Below, one piece after another: positions 61,327 to 64,000 of a stretch of 64,000 bases of DNA. The stretch lies in the NCBI GenBank assembly GCA_965649825.1, contig OZ287703.1:739722-803721 (forward strand). The letters run 5' to 3'. The DNA is from Penicillus capitatus (lineage: Eukaryota > Plantae > Chlorophyta). The position numbers and the translations under genes were made by a program. Position 1 is the first letter of the stretch. Each line of letters opens with the position of its first letter. Under the pieces are notes generated by a model. That model worked only from the letters and a program-made list of their open reading frames with translations, made no database searches and was not told the origin of the DNA.

Positions 61327-62919
61327 ATGGCGCAGTTAACAACAAGAAACGAAAAAGGAAGGGAATTTCTCTGCTACGAGCCTAGCGCTGAAGTTCTATC
61401 GCACCTCGCGCAGTCGCCTTACCTCTCAGTCCTTTCGGAGGCATTGTCGTCCCTTGCGATAAACGCCACAGCACAGCAGCATGTTCAAGAGCGGCGAGCA
61501 TTCATGCATCAACTCCAGAGCTGGCTCATCGAAGCACAGAAGGCTCCGTCGACGCCACGGCATCACCTAAGTTGCGTCCAGAACTTGCGCATCCTGCCGT
61601 TCGGTTCCTTCATCATGGGCACTAGTGGGGTTGACAGCGACCTCGATGTCACACTTGAAGGCGACATCACAGACCCCGAGATTAGTGTGACTGGACGACT
61701 GTCTGAAGCGAAACGCGACTTCAAAATCGCTCTGTTAACCGAAATCCATAACTTTCTCGTTCGAGGGAGGTATCTCTATCCCTGGAAGGGCACTCGACTC
61801 ATTCGAGACGCCAGAGTCGCCATCAGTCGTTTCAGAGAGAATTTTACTGGGACTCCGTGCGACCTCTCCATTGGCAATACCATCGGAATCTTCAAAAGCC
61901 GTCTGCTGGCGGCGGTGCTCGACATCGATCCGCGTTTGCGGGGTCTGGTCGTCATCGTGAAGCGCTGGGCGAAGGTCCATGGATTTGATGATTCGTCCAA
62001 CGGCTGTTTCAATTCGCACTGTTTGCTGCTCCTCGTATTGACATTTGCCCAAACCCGATCGCCACCTCTCCTGCCCCCACTAAAAGATATCTTTCCTGGA
62101 CTGAGGTCCGTTATCAAGCAATCCAAGACAGATGTTCAAGTGGATCTCGTAGAAGAGATCGCGCATTTTCAAGACAAGGTCAAAGAACTGACTGAAAAGA
62201 AGTGGCCTGCGCAGAACAAGGAATCTATCTGCGAATTACTGATTGCGTTTTTCCTGCAGTTCTCACTCTTTGCGTCACACTGTTACCAAGTTCAGACATC
62301 CCCCAAGCGCGACAATCAGATAACGGCTCGACCGACGAGCAGTTGCTGGAAGGGTGGATATGTTCTCTATCAGTGGGATCAGGAGACCACTTACAGATCG
62401 CTGCTGTTTGTGGAGGATCCTTTCTGTGCCGAAGACAACTGTGCACGGACAGTGAAATGCGGTCCGTGTACCGAAATCCTGACGACGCTCAAAGAAACGG
62501 CCTACTTTGCACAGGCCTTCTCTCTTTCACCCCCGCCTGCGCATTCCGATATGTGGCGAGAATTGTGGGCGCTGCTCTTTAGCAAGATTCGTCTGCGACA
62601 GCTACCCAGATTTCATTGGCTTCACTGGCAGGCCTTGCAGTGGATGTACCATCGCCGAGATGCGACGCCTGTCTCTATTGTCTACCATTACCCATCCGCG
62701 CCGTTTGTCTATTCAAACGGTCGACCCTGTGTGGTCACGGCCCCTCTCCATAGTTGTTTCGCGTCCTCCGATCGGTGTCCGACGGCATCGGATACCTGGA
62801 TGGGTGGGGCACATTGTGCGAACGGCCAGAATCCTGTGCCAAGTGCCTTACTGGCCTCGACATCACAAAAAGATGCGCAGCCGCCGCCGGCGCCATCGAA
62901 TTTTATGAGCAACAAATGA
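61327..62919 (+). CDS. HESO1-like terminal nucleotidyltransferase, short paralogue
   Basis: PFGSFIMG...SDLDV, CDLSIGN, VKRWAKVHGFDDSSNGCFNSH and LFVEDPF motifs. Aligns with 14968(-) up to ...QLP. Confidence 0.88.
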   Translation: MAQLTTRNEKGREFLCYEPSAEVLSHLAQSPYLSVLSEALSSLAINATAQQHVQERRAFMHQLQSWLIEAQKAPSTPRHHLSCVQNLRILPFGSFIMGTSGVDSDLDVTLEGDITDPEISVTGRLSEAKRDFKIALLTEIHNFLVRGRYLYPWKGTRLIRDARVAISRFRENFTGTPCDLSIGNTIGIFKSRLLAAVLDIDPRLRGLVVIVKRWAKVHGFDDSSNGCFNSHCLLLLVLTFAQTRSPPLLPPLKDIFPGLRSVIKQSKTDVQVDLVEEIAHFQDKVKELTEKKWPAQNKESICELLIAFFLQFSLFASHCYQVQTSPKRDNQITARPTSSCWKGGYVLYQWDQETTYRSLLFVEDPFCAEDNCARTVKCGPCTEILTTLKETAYFAQAFSLSPPPAHSDMWRELWALLFSKIRLRQLPRFHWLHWQALQWMYHRRDATPVSIVYHYPSAPFVYSNGRPCVVTAPLHSCFASSDRCPTASDTWMGGAHCANGQNPVPSALLASTSQKDAQPPPAPSNFMSNK

Positions 62920-63623
62920 TCATGTACATTATCTCCTTGGACTCGTAGAGGTTGACAGAAACGAGACGAATTTCATGTCAACTATCGATTCGCTCGTTTT
63001 GCGATGGTATCGTCCACAACATCTCTTTCTTTTAATCCCATGGAGTGAGTGATGTCTTTCTTTAAGACCCTCTTCGGCCGTCTGTCTGTTTTTGAAGAAT
63101 TCCGATCTGCATCTAGCTGTCCATCTTACATTCTTTGTTCGACATGAGTGGGTATATGTGTGTGAGTGTTGTGTTTAGACGGTAGCCTCATTTGTTATGT
63201 GGCCTGAGTGATGGCCTTTTGCCGAGGTGATCTTCGTCTTATTATCTATGTACGTTGTGTCTCCTCGGCTTTCTAATTCTTTACGAACCGGCACATGTAT
63301 GGCACCAATTTCTGCAACAGCAATGGGCGATCGCGGATAGAGATCACAGAGAAAGTGAGGAAATCTCTTCTTCCTTTCTCCTCTACTCTACATCTCAAAC
63401 CGAGAAGCATAGGAGGTCGCTTCATCGTGTCTCTCTTGTCATCGGAATGCATGTCGGGTTGAGACGTCTTAGGGACGTCGCGTGCGTTCGTGCACATTTC
63501 TCCGATCTTTCCTAGCAGATGTCAACATCTTTAAACGAATGCGCCCATTTCTGCATTCGCCCAACAACACACCTGTCCTCGTTGCCTTCTCGCACACGTC
63601 GAAGCTGCGCTGCCGTCAGCAAA

Positions 63624-64000
63624 ATGGAAGAAGATGAGCCGCAAATAGTGGACTTTATGTCTATAACGGGCGCCGATGCCGACGTTGCCAAGCACTACTT
63701 GGAAGCCTGCAACCGGGATATGAGCACCGCCATTAACGCATACCTGGAGAATACTGCCCAGAGTCATCTACACGCACCTACCGTCTCGTCCAGGCACGCC
63801 TTGCCTTCGTCTCCGGATCCCATACGACGCTCTCACAGAGTCGAAGCGCATCCTCTGTCCGATAGCGGCGACATCTTTGAAGACCCCAGTGGTGTGGACG
63901 ATGCTGCACTGGGATCCGGCGAAGCGGGAGAGAACGCCGTAGGAATGGACGAAGCGACGTCGCCCGCTGCGTCGCTCGGAGGCGACAGCAACGACAGTTT
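63624..64000 (+). CDS. N-terminus of a UBA-like domain protein (UBX/PUX-type), cut by the window end
   Basis: MEEDEPQIVDFMSITGADADVAKHYLEACNRDMSTAINAYLE matches the UBA-like N-terminus of UBX proteins, followed by a disordered linker. Confidence 0.75.
   Translation, partial: MEEDEPQIVDFMSITGADADVAKHYLEACNRDMSTAINAYLENTAQSHLHAPTVSSRHALPSSPDPIRRSHRVEAHPLSDSGDIFEDPSGVDDAALGSGEAGENAVGMDEATSPAASLGGDSNDS

Noticed and set aside
1-64000. Non-standard genetic code (TAA/TAG as Gln, as in some ulvophytes), CRISPR arrays, rRNA or snRNA genes
   Set aside because: Conserved genes end at TAA, TAG and TGA at the expected positions, and apparent internal stops resolve as short introns. No spaced direct repeats or recognisable rRNA/snRNA sequences were seen.

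Overview
Eukaryotic, gene-dense DNA with many very short (about 45-60 nt) introns. The HESO1-like, AGD/VAN3-like, RSZ22-like, DUF266/BC10-like and plastid-type thioredoxin genes suggest a compact green-algal genome (inference). Recognisable genes: a D-2-hydroxyacid dehydrogenase plus a pseudogenised inverted copy, two HESO1-like terminal nucleotidyltransferases, a thioredoxin-like protein, clathrin light chain, a truncated WDR55-like gene, a BAR-PH-ArfGAP-ankyrin protein, a core-2/I-branching (GT14-like) glycosyltransferase, two signal-peptide patatins, an RSZ-type SR protein, tRNA-Lys(UUU), an ARM-repeat protein, a GDA1/CD39 apyrase, a frameshifted GTPase-like gene with a hydrophobic hairpin, a UBA-led gene cut by the window end, and a LINE ORF1-like relic. 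Most notable observations: (1) four dispersed secreted Ala-rich paralogues, each with exactly 14 alignable cysteines and a shared phase-1 intron after the signal peptide; (2) a second secreted Cys-rich pair with an RRLxYVExED motif; (3) an inverted duplication of a two-gene head-to-head cassette whose two halves differ greatly in divergence and which contains a 135-nt perfect-identity tract; (4) two HESO1-like enzymes with Asp at the nucleotide-recognition position, one carrying about 800 extra residues with four R3H-fold-like repeats. Exon boundaries were inferred by eye and no database searches were run.
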